NCBI GenBank assembly: GCA_008690995.1
Contig: VRMN01000019.1
Coordinates: 124,001 to 188,000 of the forward strand
Direction of reading: 5' to 3'
From: Porphyridium purpureum
Lineage: Eukaryota
Length of the DNA: 64,000 bases
Shown: piece after piece, positions 1 to 12,551 of the stretch
Position numbering within the stretch: position 1 is the stretch's first letter
How the letters are laid out: every line of letters begins with the position of its first letter
Translations under genes and position numbers: made by a program
Notes under the pieces: generated by a model
Told to the model about the DNA's origin: nothing
Databases searched by the model: none
What the model saw: only the letters and a program-made list of their open reading frames with translations

Positions 1-482
1 TACAGTATCTCTTCTATGTCCAGCCGAAGGGCTTGTCCTTTCCGTGCCGTCAATTCAAACGATTCTCCTTGGAACGCAGCCGAGTAGTGGGTTCGTAGAA
101 AATTGCGTCGCCGCACGGCCGATGTTGACCACCACCAGCAGCATCTTGATGAGAATCGGCCCGCTCGTCATCCATCCTGCACTGCTTGGCAGCGACGCAT
201 TGCGCGTACTCGCGTGGGTCGCTTATATCCACTCCCGCATCTGACACATTCTCGCGAGTACGCTCTCACCATCAACACCACGGCGACAGCTGAAGCGTGG
301 TGCTGCCGCGCCACCGGCGCATTTGCGGCGGCAGTTCGACAGCATAGGCTTGCGCCCCGGTGTCCGCGACGCATCGCTTCCGCGCGAGCCGTGCGCACGC
401 ACGCACACCAAGAACGAGCTGTCGAAAACACCTCTTAAGCCAGCTCGTCTGTGCGGGTGCCGTATCGATCAGGGTCTCGATC

Positions 483-1535
483 ATGAAGCGTACGCGTGAC
501 GATGACGATGTGCCGGCGCATGTGCGGCGAAGTGCGCGCCTTCTATCGTGCCGTGACAACACCAGAGGGACGCCGCAACTCAGGAAGAAACGGCGCACGA
601 GCGGCAAGCGCAGCCCAAAGACGGACGACGTGTGTCGCGGCTTGACGGCGATCGGGCTCGACGATGTACCGCTGGACGTGGTAGTCCGCATTGTGGAGCA
701 CGCGCTCGGTGTGCGCGCCGTGGAGCCATTCGTGGGCTTTCCGTGCACGCTCATTTCGTTCGACGCAGTGCGCCTTATAGCGCCACTCGCGCTGACGTGC
801 AGGCGAATGTACCGCGTGTTTGTGCCAGACGGACAGCACGCGAGCTTGCCACCGCTGTGCATGTCCCTTAGCGTCTCTGCCATCCGCGAGCTGCGCCTGG
901 TGGTGGACGAAATCAAGGCGGTTCAGACCAAGCGACGGATGCACCGTGCAAGGGGGGCGAGCCAAAATGACAGCAGAAACAGCCGCTGTCACGGCAGTAT
1001 CGACTCGCCGTTGGTGCGGAGCGTGGCGCACATGGTCCACTTTCAAGGCCAGGATTTTCGAGGCGTGCCGAGATTTTTGGCATCGCTAGCTACATTTACG
1101 TGTCCGGGTCTGTGGCTGTGGTCGCCGGTTCAAATGGAGCTGGACGCGATCCGCCGCCGCGAAGTGCAGCGTGCTTTGCTTGGCACCGATGATTCGTGCT
1201 CCTCCACCCAGCGGATGTGGCTGCAAGCAATGCATGCCATCAATCCGGCGTCGCGGCACTTCCGTGCGTTCCTTTCCGCGATGACTGGCCTGAAAGAACT
1301 CCGCATGAGCGGAGCCGTGCGCTTCTTTCGCAATGCGGCCTTTCCTGCGCTCTGTATGACATGGCTTAGGCCCATGGCACAATTGGAGCACCTGGTGCTA
1401 CAGGACTTTAAAGTATGCTGCGTCGCGCGGTACCGCGCTGAAATGCCGCGCTCGCGACAGATAGATTTATACAATGTCGACGAACACGAGCACCGAGAAC
1501 TCGATACTGTAGACTCAGAAGCAGACGAAGATTGA
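483..1535 (+). CDS. Hypothetical protein with F-box-like motif and possible LRR-like C-terminus
   Basis: Long ORF, first ATG at 483. Basic NLS-like stretch (RKKRR), then LDDVPLDVVVRIVEH resembling an F-box start, and LxxLxL repeats (LKELRM, LEHLVL). Confidence 0.5.
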   Translation: MKRTRDDDDVPAHVRRSARLLSCRDNTRGTPQLRKKRRTSGKRSPKTDDVCRGLTAIGLDDVPLDVVVRIVEHALGVRAVEPFVGFPCTLISFDAVRLIAPLALTCRRMYRVFVPDGQHASLPPLCMSLSVSAIRELRLVVDEIKAVQTKRRMHRARGASQNDSRNSRCHGSIDSPLVRSVAHMVHFQGQDFRGVPRFLASLATFTCPGLWLWSPVQMELDAIRRREVQRALLGTDDSCSSTQRMWLQAMHAINPASRHFRAFLSAMTGLKELRMSGAVRFFRNAAFPALCMTWLRPMAQLEHLVLQDFKVCCVARYRAEMPRSRQIDLYNVDEHEHRELDTVDSEADED

Positions 1536-1536
1536 T

Positions 1537-3084
1537 TTAGCCAAAGGTCTGCATGGCCTTGCCATAGATAACGCCCAGGATGCTGAATTGTGTCCATGCA
1601 AAGACAGACCACATGTACAGCATGCCAAAAACGCTCTGCGCTGTGGTGGCCCAGTTGCCCGTGCTAGCGATTGAGACCCCGCTTGCGGAGCAGAACAGCA
1701 CATTGCTATGCCGCGTGGCGAGTAGGAGAAGCAGCATCTGTACGTACGTCGGCGCCATGTAGAGCACGACCGCGCCAAGACTGAAAACGTTTGTGGATAC
1801 CACGTTGGTATAGAGCTGCGTGGCGGCGCTGAGGGCAATCTGATCGGGCGCGTTGCTTCTCTTGAAAGCGCTTGCTCCACTTTTTGCAGCCCGTTCTTGC
1901 TGCTTGGGCTCGCCAGAGCCCGGCACTGGCACCGACACAACATCGCGTTGCTGCACCTTATCGAAAGCCGACTTGATGTAGCTAAACGCAGAGTCCAGAT
2001 GCGCCTGGAAATGCGTACGGGTCATAATAACGCGTATCAAGAATGACGCCGCGCCCAGGACAAAACGCAAAACGTGATCGCTATGCTGTACGCCCGGAAG
2101 AAGCGCGGCCATGTGAGCTGCAACGGGCTTGCTGAATGACACACAAAGCAACAACGAGAGCATAAAGTCTAGGACAAGGCCAAACATTTCTGCACTTCTC
2201 TTCGTGCTTTTCTCATTGGCGTTGAAATCAGCCGCAATCTGTGCGAGCGCGCGGCCGTACCTGAGCGCCGGCAGCAGAAACGCCGCCGAGATGACAGCGC
2301 ACATCACAGGAAGCACAGACTGCATACCAAACGCAAGCCGCATGGCCGTGGACATCTTCGCCGCGGGATCCGCTGCGGTACGATTCAGCTCAGCGTAAGC
2401 CCAGTCGACCATATGATGTGCGGCACGCGTGAGAGAAAGATCAACGCGAAACGGAACGACAAAATTTGTCGCTTCGTCGCGATCCGCTAGGATGACAAAC
2501 CACGACATGCAAAAGGCCAAAAACATGACCACCAGCACAAAATTGCGCTCCAAGCTGTTCGTACTGCTGCTCGCTGATGGTCGGAGCCGAAAGCTAATGA
2601 AAAAGAGCTCTGATAGCGCGTAGCCGAGCGCTGGCAAAGCAACCAAGTACATGCAGGGCTGAAAGCTAGCAGGCCCTGCACTCTTGATCTGCACCGTGAG
2701 CTCTTCGACCACAAACGATGCCGCGCATACGCCAAAAAGCACAAACAAATGGTCCAGATTCGAGATGTACGCTCGCGGGCCGATCGCCTGGTCCAGGAAA
2801 AACTGCTTGTCGATCTTGACTTGTCGCAGTCCAACCTCGACGGCTTGCTGCTTGGCTTTGTCCTTATTCCTGCTCCGCGCAGCGTTTGCGGATGCGGCGC
2901 CCTTCTTCGTCTTGCCGGTCGAGATGCTTTCCAGAAGCGCGGCTTGCAGCGTCGCAACTGGCGGCGCGTACACGTACCAGCACCCGTACAAAAAGCGGCC
3001 CACAATCATGTACATGTGCTGCGTGCGGGCGTACACAAAGAGAACCACAATGCTGGGCACCAGCATGGGCGGAAACAGCCCCAT
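1537..3084 (-). CDS. TMEM161-family multi-pass membrane protein
   Basis: ~515 aa hydrophobic ORF, ATG at 3084. Motifs YVYAPP, AFLLPALRY and RTHFQAHL resemble conserved TMEM161 blocks. Confidence 0.7.
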   Translation of the reverse strand: MGLFPPMLVPSIVVLFVYARTQHMYMIVGRFLYGCWYVYAPPVATLQAALLESISTGKTKKGAASANAARSRNKDKAKQQAVEVGLRQVKIDKQFFLDQAIGPRAYISNLDHLFVLFGVCAASFVVEELTVQIKSAGPASFQPCMYLVALPALGYALSELFFISFRLRPSASSSTNSLERNFVLVVMFLAFCMSWFVILADRDEATNFVVPFRVDLSLTRAAHHMVDWAYAELNRTAADPAAKMSTAMRLAFGMQSVLPVMCAVISAAFLLPALRYGRALAQIAADFNANEKSTKRSAEMFGLVLDFMLSLLLCVSFSKPVAAHMAALLPGVQHSDHVLRFVLGAASFLIRVIMTRTHFQAHLDSAFSYIKSAFDKVQQRDVVSVPVPGSGEPKQQERAAKSGASAFKRSNAPDQIALSAATQLYTNVVSTNVFSLGAVVLYMAPTYVQMLLLLLATRHSNVLFCSASGVSIASTGNWATTAQSVFGMLYMWSVFAWTQFSILGVIYGKAMQTFG

Positions 3085-5449
3085 GGTCACGTGGGCTGTC
3101 GCTCAGCGCCAATATCAGCAGCAGCGTCGGTGCTTCGCGTCACCGCAACCGTGTCACGCGCCGAGAAAGGTGGACGCGGCCGGCCGCGCTCTTTCGCTTG
3201 CTAGGGCCGTGCACGCGCTTGCTGCGAGGGCGTCAACCAGTCCACAGGATCCAGGGAATACTGGCCGATCAAACCAGCGCCACGCCTACGTCTCGCCCAC
3301 TCATCATCGCGTTTCCCGCACGCTTACCAGTTTCGGCTGAAGTCTTATCGGTTATACGGTTTATCCGGTCCCCCAGATTCCCGCGTATTACGGCACTGAA
3401 GCTGCCGCAGAAGCAGCGTGCAAAGTTCGGGCGCAAACACGCGTCAAGCCGGATGCTCGGAGAATGTGCTTGCTTCCGCGCAAGCCCGCGTCTTCCAGAA
3501 AACAAACGACTGGAATCAAAAAGCTAGCCGCTTGGCAGAAACACGTGCTAATTCTACGAAAAAGTTGTGGCACAAGAAGGAAAATGGAGATACGTAGGAA
3601 TTAGAGCACCTAGTTGTCGCCACTGGGACGAGCCATAGCTCTTCGCGTCGATAGAAGTACGTACCTTCTGCGGCATATGCAGCAAAACTTGCTGCCACGA
3701 CCGACTCATTTCCATGGACCCAAGGTTTGTTCTACCCTCGACCCGACGTCATACGCGTACACAAGCACCGCACCTCTAAATTGTTGAAGACTCAATCACT
3801 TTGCGTTCACTTGGAAAGATCCAGATGTACAGATGAAGCGGTTGTTTCCGGGATTCTAGTTTGTCTGGGTCTTTCGGCAATAGACTTCAGTTTTTTGTTT
3901 TACCACCTCACGAACTAAGCATTAGACTAGTGGGCCTTACAGTTTTAGATTCCGTGTGATTAGCATGACAAGCACCCAGACCGGATGACACACATTCCCA
4001 CCGATGACCAAAAAGCCAAGGACAAGCCGACAAAACCAGCACAAAGAACACAACCATACACAGAGGACAAATAACCAAGGCGTGGAAATCCCAAGCACAG
4101 GACCTGTTCTATTTCCCTCGGCGTCGGCACAAACAGTACCGGTTTTGACAGGGACGGCGTGTCTTAATGGACAGAGCCACTGTCTGTCTTCAGTACTCCG
4201 AGAGCACCGAAACCCCTAGACATAATGTGCGATGGCTCTGCTACACAGGCTCCGCAATAAGGGTCCCTAGCCTTCCAACAACCATGCACAGGCACCCGAC
4301 CCCAAAACAGACTTCCTTCTTTATTCTCTGTGCCTTTCCTTCCTTACCTCTTCCTGTATCGCTTCCGAAAATTTCTGGAGGACCAATCGGGGCCCGCTAT
4401 CCTTGCTGACTCCAGCGCGGAACAGATAAAATAATTTCGCAAGCACGAATGGGTTTCCTTTCGTGCGCTCCACAGAAAGCAGCCACGGGAAGCCAGGTCA
4501 GCAAGCGGGTCAGCCACGCTAGGCTGCTGCCAGGCTTCTCTTCCGAGAGACACGCAACTCCAGGTCCTCATGGCGAGAGATAACAATGTACACACAACGG
4601 GCACCGGGTAGAAAAGCCGTCTTCGAAAAACTCTCCGTCCTTGAAATAAGTAACTTTTTAATAGACGCCGTACGTGAAGTACACCTCGGGTGTCTCTTGA
4701 GTTCGAATATTTAAGTGCATGAGTTATTGCGTTGATACTAGCTACGAGGGCAGAGTAAGTGCTCAACAATACTAAAGTACACATTGGTTATTCTCCGGGA
4801 CTAAAGACATAAACCTCACTTCTTCTAACTGTGACCAAAAGCCAACTATTCATCGCTCAGCGACGCTTTTCGCCACGCCATTTGTATTGCATCCGTCCGC
4901 AGCCCCGGAAGCGCCCGGACCCCTCGAACGGCCGCTTCGACTTCAAATTCAACGCGTCTTGGCTGGAGCCGGCGGAAACACCAGAGCCTATCCGCGCTAT
5001 CCCGCATCTTTGCAAGGACCGCACATCCAACCTGTGCAGTTGCCCTTCATAGTTTCTCACATTTCACGTTAACATTCGTGCCCCTGGGTGAAGATCCTCG
5101 CTCTGTAAATCAAACACTTTATTATCTCGAGTGCAAAGTTTCACTTTCACTCCTTTCATCCTTGGTCGCATTTCTCCCTCACGCCGCCTCCGGCCTACTC
5201 TTCGAGTCTCACTCCTGTCCTAGAGCTGCACATTTGTCTGAACGATATGTCCCTCAAAACAAGAGCGCCTACTGTAAGCTGACAAATATGAGGGTCCCGG
5301 TTTCTGGAAAGTTCTGAGGGAGAGATGCTTCCAGAATACGGGATGCATGTCTGTGGCACTGCAAAACCTCTGGTGATGTGACTTGTTAGATAATTATGCA
5401 AACTACAACAGCCATAGGCCATACACATGCGTTTGAAGTGCAATTGAAA

Positions 5450-6760
5450 ACAGTAGAAAATAGCAAATGTGTCCATTTTTATTGGAAACTGTGAAAATAT
5501 AAAATGAAAACATGTATTGACGATAAAACACGATGCTCAAACAATTAGCACACTTGACAAGAAAGGTCTTGATGAAACTCCAGGGACTACAAGCTCTCGA
5601 TGTTCGCACCCTCCATGTCCACGCAGCGGTGTAGACGTACAGTCCACCCCTTCAAAAGGCTTCGAACCTCTGCGCTGTGATCGACGCCCAGAATTTATGA
5701 AGTCACGCTCCAGCTTCGAGAGAAACTCATAATTCCTGATTCCCGCGTGTGCTTCTTGCAACATAATGTTCCACACGTTTTCTACTGGGTTCAGGTCTGG
5801 CAAGTACGCTGGCCGGTCCATTAAATGCCATCCTTCGCGTGTGAAGGACTTCGTATTCCGCGCCGCATGAGCAGGAAAATTGTCTTGCATGAGTGTCCAT
5901 CCTTTTAGATGGGCCTCACCGAAGATGGTCGCCTCTCGAGAGGACTCCAGCATGGCCACATAAGTTTCTGAAGTGATCCTTACTGGGGTCTTCATGAGCG
6001 CCATCTTCCCAGCGGAAGAAATTGCCCTCCAAAACGTCAAACGCCCGTCGCCCGTATGACGGCGGACTCGATCCGGTAGCTCTCCTGTCGGGACCGATTG
6101 ACCAAAATACCTATTGAGACCATATAAATGAAACTTCTTTTCATCCCTAAAGATGACTTTTCTATGCTCCTCAATTTTATTCAGATTTTGCATCTCAAAT
6201 GCCACGCGACGCAGCCGATTCTCTCGGGAAAGAGGCTGCCTCACGATAGCACGCCGAAAGGAAAGATCACTGGCCATATTGCGCCTTACCGTCCCACGGC
6301 TTACCGGCTTCCTTTGGGACCTGCCGATATTGACCTGCATTATGATTGCTTTTAGAGAGCCCCTAGGAGTCGCTCTAAGTTTTTTCAAAACGCGCGTTTT
6401 GGCGGGTTCTGTGAATTTACGGGCATTCTGATTGCCGACGTAGCCTGGGGTCGCGTCGGGCTGGTCCAGAAAACGTATTACGACTTTTCTGGACCGATCT
6501 GCGCGCGTGGGTATACTGGACAGTCTGAGCCCCTCCGTGCGCCATCCCCAGATGGCACGCTTCTCCGCCTCGGTCAACGCACCCGCGCGCTCCATCTACC
6601 GCCCGAAGTCGCTCTCTTCTTGTCAACTGGCCGCCGCCGGGCGCGCCAAAATACTTATGTGCTATTTGTTTGAGCGTCCTGACTCCCCCACCAGAACATG
6701 TTTTTGCATTAGAATTTCAAAGTTTACTATAAAATGTGCACATTTGTCACTGTGCTAAGC
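5450..6760 (-). mobile_element. Tc1-like DNA transposon, degenerate (transposase ORF 5537-6595)
   Basis: Motifs IFRDEKKF, QDNFPAH and PDLNPVENVW (D-33-E spacing, eroded conserved residues, aberrant C-terminus). Degenerate inverted repeats at ~5464-5514 and ~6697-6746. Outer limits approximate. Confidence 0.8.
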
Positions 6761-6999
6761 GTTTGAAACACGCATTACAACCACAGTAAAGGTTTCTCAG
6801 GAGCAACTCCCTATGTAGGTGACTTCACGTCACTTCGAGCGCCATGTGTTTCACACCGTGCGTTCCTTCGTCGTGGGTTGTCATGAAGTTGACCCACACC
6901 AAAGTTTACTTTAAATGTGTGTCGGTTCAAAAACAAACAACCCTCACCGACAGAAGACTCCATCCAGCGTCCGTCAAAATGGACGCGCTCTTCAATTCA

Positions 7000-8380
7000 A
7001 AAGATTTCAAATGTGCATGGCGCAATCAGACGACTAAACAGCGTCGTCCGACCGGACGGCGATCAGAGCCAGTGGCGCATAACTCTAACTTCAGCGCCTA
7101 CACCTTGTACCGTAGCTGAAGCCAACGCCCTAGAGTAACGCTACACCAACCAGCACTCCCTCCAGCCACCCTAAGACCATATCAACACCCTTGGATGTTA
7201 TCCATTCGGCATCGAACCGAATTTTTTAAGGTTTTGAAAGATGAGCTACATGAGATCGGCGGTGCAGTGAGCGTTCCACATTGGTCCTTGAATTGGTCGG
7301 ATGGTCAGGAGCTCGCGCAACTTTTTGACACGGACACGCCAAAGCTGCTTCCGTTCATCGTGAGGGATCTCGCCCATGCGACAGAGTAGGCCAACAAACG
7401 TAGTCGTTTTGGGCAAGTTTGTCAGAGCTGGAGCGCGTGTTCATGTCCCCGACAAGGGTTAGCAAAATCAACAAAGACAACGTCATCTTGTTCGGCAAAA
7501 AAGCGTTTACCACGCGTGAAGCCAGATCACGCGAGAGCTATCAGAACAAGGGTCTGAAAGAAATGCCGTTTGAATTCACTGGGTTTGAGCTCAACTCGCC
7601 CGGCCAAACAGTCCATGCCAGCCACCAGTAATAGACTGAACAGTGATCTTGCGTCTCGCGCAGATTTTCGTGACTTCAGAGCTTTCGGTCTCTGCGCGGA
7701 AAAAGCACATTTGTGGCCCGTGAGAGACAGCCGGATGTGCTGAGCGCAATTGCAGTCCTTTTTCAAGTAGCGACAGGTAATATAACAGTGGATCATTGGA
7801 AGAGCTTCCTGCGCATCGCGCAATTTCTACACAAGCATCCCAGACAAATCCAATATTCCGCGGTGATGAATGACCAGCTGCTCCTCTGCGCATGCGCCGA
7901 CGTATCCTACGCCAACAATCAAGACGGCTCGTCTCAGATGGGAGTTGCCGTATTTCTTCTACAAAACACGGAGAAAGTTTACTATATTTAGGCAATGAAC
8001 GGTAAGCCCAGGAGAGTAATGTCATCTGTTTGACCGCAGAGTTGCTCGGGTTCTGTGTTGCGTGTAATTATGCCTAGGGATTACAACACGAGATCGAGGA
8101 GACCGGGCTGGTTGTTCGGATTGTGTTGTACACCGACAGTGGGCTTATCTTTGATGCCTTCACGTATAATACAACGCTCGCAGAATAGCGCATGATGGCG
8201 CAACTTATGCTCATCCGCGAACGTGTGAAATGCAGAGACATCAGCGAAATGCTTCGCGTTCTGGGTGTCTTCAACTTGGCGGATGCCGAAATTAAGAAGA
8301 TCGGATGCCCGCTGTGTGCTAAAATCATGGATAACGTAACCATCTCCTACATGCTTGCCGATCGCGTCTTTCTACTTTAG
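7000..8380 (+). pseudogene. Ty1/copia RT-RNase H relic, many stops and frameshifts
   Basis: Fragments RQPDVLSAIAVL, CADVSYANNQDGSSQMG, YTDSG and NLADA match the copia RT C-terminus and RNase H in the correct order. Boundaries approximate. Confidence 0.7.
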
Positions 8381-11300
8381 TGGCAGGCTTCGACTAAGTC
8401 ACGTGTATACTCGACTCTGAGAATCTGCGGCTGCTACTCTCTAGAGGCAAAGATAATTCTCCATGTTTTGCAACAGACAAAGAAGCACTAAAGCCGTGCG
8501 TAGAATCGGCGGTACTGAATCTCCATGCTATTATGAATCTTAGGGCCAGGCAGATGCCGCTACTGACGCGAAAAATACCGCCGAGAAGTTCATGTCCACG
8601 GTGCGCAACATATAATTCAGACAATAGCAAGACGAGAAACGAGGAGACGAAGACTGAGCGAAGTTTGGTGTCGAAAGCCCCAAATACGAGGTTGGGGCAT
8701 CGCCTGGTGCAGACGCACCTGCGATACGATCGCTAGCTTCCCGCATGAGTTATTTGCATTGATATGCGCGTATGGGAAGCCTTGGGGGCTTTTCTGTCCA
8801 TCATTTTGTTCAGGGGTCAAAAAGCACAATCGCGATTTTCGTGAAGAGGAGGTCAAGAGAATTTTTTTCTCGGCGGATATTTGGAGGAGACACAAAAGAA
8901 TTTAAATGCGGAGAAAAGTGGCCGGATTGGAGATTTCAACGGCAAAGTTCTTAAGTGGTAAAGGTTCGTGCTAGACATGGCTGACCGTGCTGTCAGGTCG
9001 AGTTCAGGGTGGCGGGCGGGCTCCGCGCAACGTGAACAGAACGTGCCATCAGTAAATGGGAGAAGCCGCGCCATCTGCCATGCTCGCAGTATACGCGATA
9101 CAAGTGGCCTGAACTCCACTTCTCGAACGCTGCTGGATTCAAACTTCCGGCGCAAAAATGATGGTCTCGGGGCCTCAAAGTCAGCAATGAAGTCGGACAT
9201 CTTCTGCAGGTGGCGACGTATGCCACGAATGAAGAGATTGTAATATTGATAATGAAGCAGGAGATGCTTTTGGATTGGCTACTAAATGACGGAGACATTA
9301 TTTTGCCACGGGTCTGGAAATGCTTTTGCAGGCACGGGGTGTGACGAACTTTGAGCCAGGTATGGATAAGCATACGTCTTTCCAGCGACTCGCAATACAT
9401 TCGGTTCAAGGGTCACCAACACTTGATGTTGCGCCGCTCGTCGTCTCTTACGCTCCTCGCGCAGGGCCTTACGTCCTTCACGAGCCGCCCGTGTTTCCGC
9501 CAAATCTCGCTGCACCAACCAGCGCATCCCCCAGTCACCCTAAAAGCACGTCGACGCCCATGCATAACGTATGGAGTCGAACCGAAGCTATGAAGCTCTT
9601 GAAAAGAAATATGCTATGTGTAATCCATGCTGCGGTGAACTTTCTGTCGTGGCTTGCGCAAGTGTCGGATGCTCGTGAAATAGTTCACGTTTCTGACGCG
9701 GACATGGTCAATAAGCTTCTTTCTTTCACGAAGGGTCTCACCCATGCGACCGTACAGACCTTGAAATGTACCTGTGCCACGTCACGGTCCTTTGCGACCC
9801 ACGCCGTTACTTGCTTCAGGGCCCACAGCCTTGCAGCTACAGAGCTCCAAGTTATACCCCAATCCAACTGACCCCATCGGCCCTCCCTTTTACGAGATAG
9901 ATAGCGCGCTGTCGGCGACGCACTTAAATATTTTACTCCGTTGTAGAATGCCTGCAATAACTGGAGGCGCCATTTAGAACAAGGTTTGGATTTAAAGGGT
10001 ACAGTGGAGTGGTGCGGAGAGAAGAAATGTGAATGTAGAGAGTATCATGATCGAGCGTGATCCTCCGGAATCTGAAAAGGTTCACGAAATCCGTGTGGCG
10101 GCGGTGCAAACAAAGCGCGCAAGCATTTGCTTCGCAAATCAAGCAGCTACTTTGCTACTTCCTTGCATTTAGTAGGCCTCAAATAATCATACTCCTGAGG
10201 TTCCAAAGTAGACGTATTTCGTGAGTTTACCATGTCCAGCGTCTTCAAAGTGCTCAATGAGTTTGGTGCGTTCTAACTACTCATTTGCGCTATCGCGTCA
10301 GCCTCACGTGCACCCATTAGTCATGCCATCCCACGCTCAGTAGCAGTGTCATAGCCGCCCGCAACCGCGTTCAGTGCGAGGAAACTTAGCACCGGTTCCG
10401 TTCATCACAATTTCTTGTCATTTCTTCAACTCATGACAGAATGGCAAAACCCTGTCATGTTCCAATTCTCAATCACCCTTGAGCCGGGTTGGGCGTCCAA
10501 TAATTTACCAACTATTGTGGGCGGTCGTCTTGATACGCTGAACTTTCATTGCGGTACAAAATAATTTACCCAGAAAACTCTACATTCTACTCATTTTGAC
10601 CTACTCCGGTCTGTTATCCGGCTTTACTAAGAGACCCAACCCACCTTTTACGCAAAATTCACCATATATCCCTAAAGCCATTTTTCACCCATCACAATTC
10701 ATTATAAAAAAAAGCGGAATATACTTGTGCGCGCGTCCTTCCGCCCAAAGGCTTGAAAATCGTCTGCCGCAAAGCCTTCAGAAATGCACCGGCTGCAATG
10801 ACATCCTCCGCGCTAAAAGCCTCCCAAGAGAACTGCGGTCGCCTCGACCTGAACGTGTTCTCAACTACGGCCTTCGCAACAACTAGAGGATGTTCCGGCA
10901 TTACGAATGGGTCCCCACACCCATGCGGCGGCGAGTAGAACAGTGCGTCCAGACATACCCCGCCGTATGGACTGCAACTGTGTCCTGACTTCGTCGCGCT
11001 TCGCGTCCGGCAGGGCAAGATCGCGGACAATTTTCGTGCACTGACTCTTCAAGCGCAGCACGGGCTGACGGGCAAATGCGACCAACACGGCTTACCGCAC
11101 ACGATCACGCGCGTCAGAGCCAGCTTGCTCAACACTCGTGGCCGGGGATACCATTGTGACAAGCGCTCCGGTTGGAACCACACTTATGCAAGAACCCAAC
11201 AACACGTCATGCCCCGAATCCTCACTGTAACCCGCGCTGCGCCCCTCCACGCTGCCGGTCCGCGCTCCGAGCTCCATCGCCAGTACACCTGACTCGCACT

Positions 11301-12014
11301 TGGGGACGCGAATCCTCTCTGCAGCGTCGACAAGCTTGTCTTCTGCATGCTGTTTCTCGAGGATGAGCGCAGTGATGAACTCGTTTTTCTCTGCCACCGT
11401 AACCACACAAGCGTCAAGGTGCGCCTGCAGCGTCCTACGCTGCGACTGCAGAGCCTTCATAGTCCTAGAGGAACGGTAAACTCCCCGGCCCCTGGGAGTG
11501 CCCGCGTATTCTTGCGCCAGCTATCCACCGTGCACAAAGCCCGCCAACAAACTGTCCTTGCCCTGCGACCTACTCATGCTGATCGTCTCTAACCGCTCGA
11601 CAAACACGCCCGCAACCGGTCACTCCCACAGCTATGTCGACTCTTCTCGTCGGCACGCCAACGGTAAACCAGAGTAACCCCGTCAAAGGAGCATTCGAGA
11701 CCTTGCCGGGTTGCATACCAAAACACCTCCCAAAACCGCGAATGGTCCCGGGACCATTTTCATGAAACGCACCCGGTTTGCTACGACCGCCATGAAGTCC
11801 CTGAGTTGACGCATAGAAGTCTCTGAGGCTGCCGTGGACCAACACACACACTCAGCAGCTGGGTCGTGCACATAATGCAACCACACCCAAGAAGTATCGC
11901 TACCGAGCCTGCCAGCTCCAGAAGTAGTATGACTCGTGTCTTAGTGCAGAACCTCTCAAACATTTAAGAAAAGGAAGATTCTTTACTGTTCCCTTCGTCT
12001 AATCTATTAAAGTA

Positions 12015-12455
12015 TCAAATCGGACGGCAGTCCTGACACACACAATTGGGAAGCAAGTCATTGCCGCCGTACGTCAGCGTGAGCTCCTCCCCGGCCTCAA
12101 TGTTATGCGCCGCGAAAAAGAATATGGAAGCCCGAGTCTCCGATAAAAATATCGATTCTGCGTAGACGTTCGGCCTCTGGCAGCGATTGCTCAGGAAGCG
12201 AAGTTGGTTTTCGTCAGCAAAGCCCGACCCAGGCCGGTCATCGATGACGTCACCATCTATGTCAAACAAGTAGACGTGGTCACCCTGGCGGTTTGCAGCA
12301 TCCCTTGTCAGTCGCTCGCCCGGATACTCGCCAATGCACTTACCCCAGTAGAGCCTACGGTACGCTTGCGTCGGGGATTTACCGATGTTTTCCTGACCAA
12401 AATGGTTTGTACCAGGTCCAGTGTCAATGTTCAAACTCCCTACTAGTAGAAGCAA
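12015..12455 (-). CDS. SET-domain protein or fragment with post-SET-like CxCxxC
   Basis: CIGEYPGE, YLFDID, LRFLSNRC..PN (canonical RFINHSC.PN), FAAHNIEAGEELTLTYG and CVCQDC. No ATG start and no clear N-SET GxG motif. Confidence 0.7.
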   Translation of the reverse strand: MLLLVGSLNIDTGPGTNHFGQENIGKSPTQAYRRLYWGKCIGEYPGERLTRDAANRQGDHVYLFDIDGDVIDDRPGSGFADENQLRFLSNRCQRPNVYAESIFLSETRASIFFFAAHNIEAGEELTLTYGGNDLLPNCVCQDCRPI

Positions 12456-12551
12456 GCGTGTCTATATAATTTCCCTTTTAAACCAGTTTCAAACTATTTT
12501 TGCTCCTCAAGCCAGAGGTGAGCGCGCGCTTTTGCGGGACTCCATGAGGCT

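Noticed and set aside
4830..5400. Possible LINE reverse transcriptase relic (APGP-, KSAY-like fragments)
   Set aside because: Motifs are too short and scattered across frames to support without an HMM search.
8400..11960. Several 60-180 aa ORFs in the TE island
   Set aside because: No recognisable motifs; probably decayed TE or cargo sequence, left uncalled.
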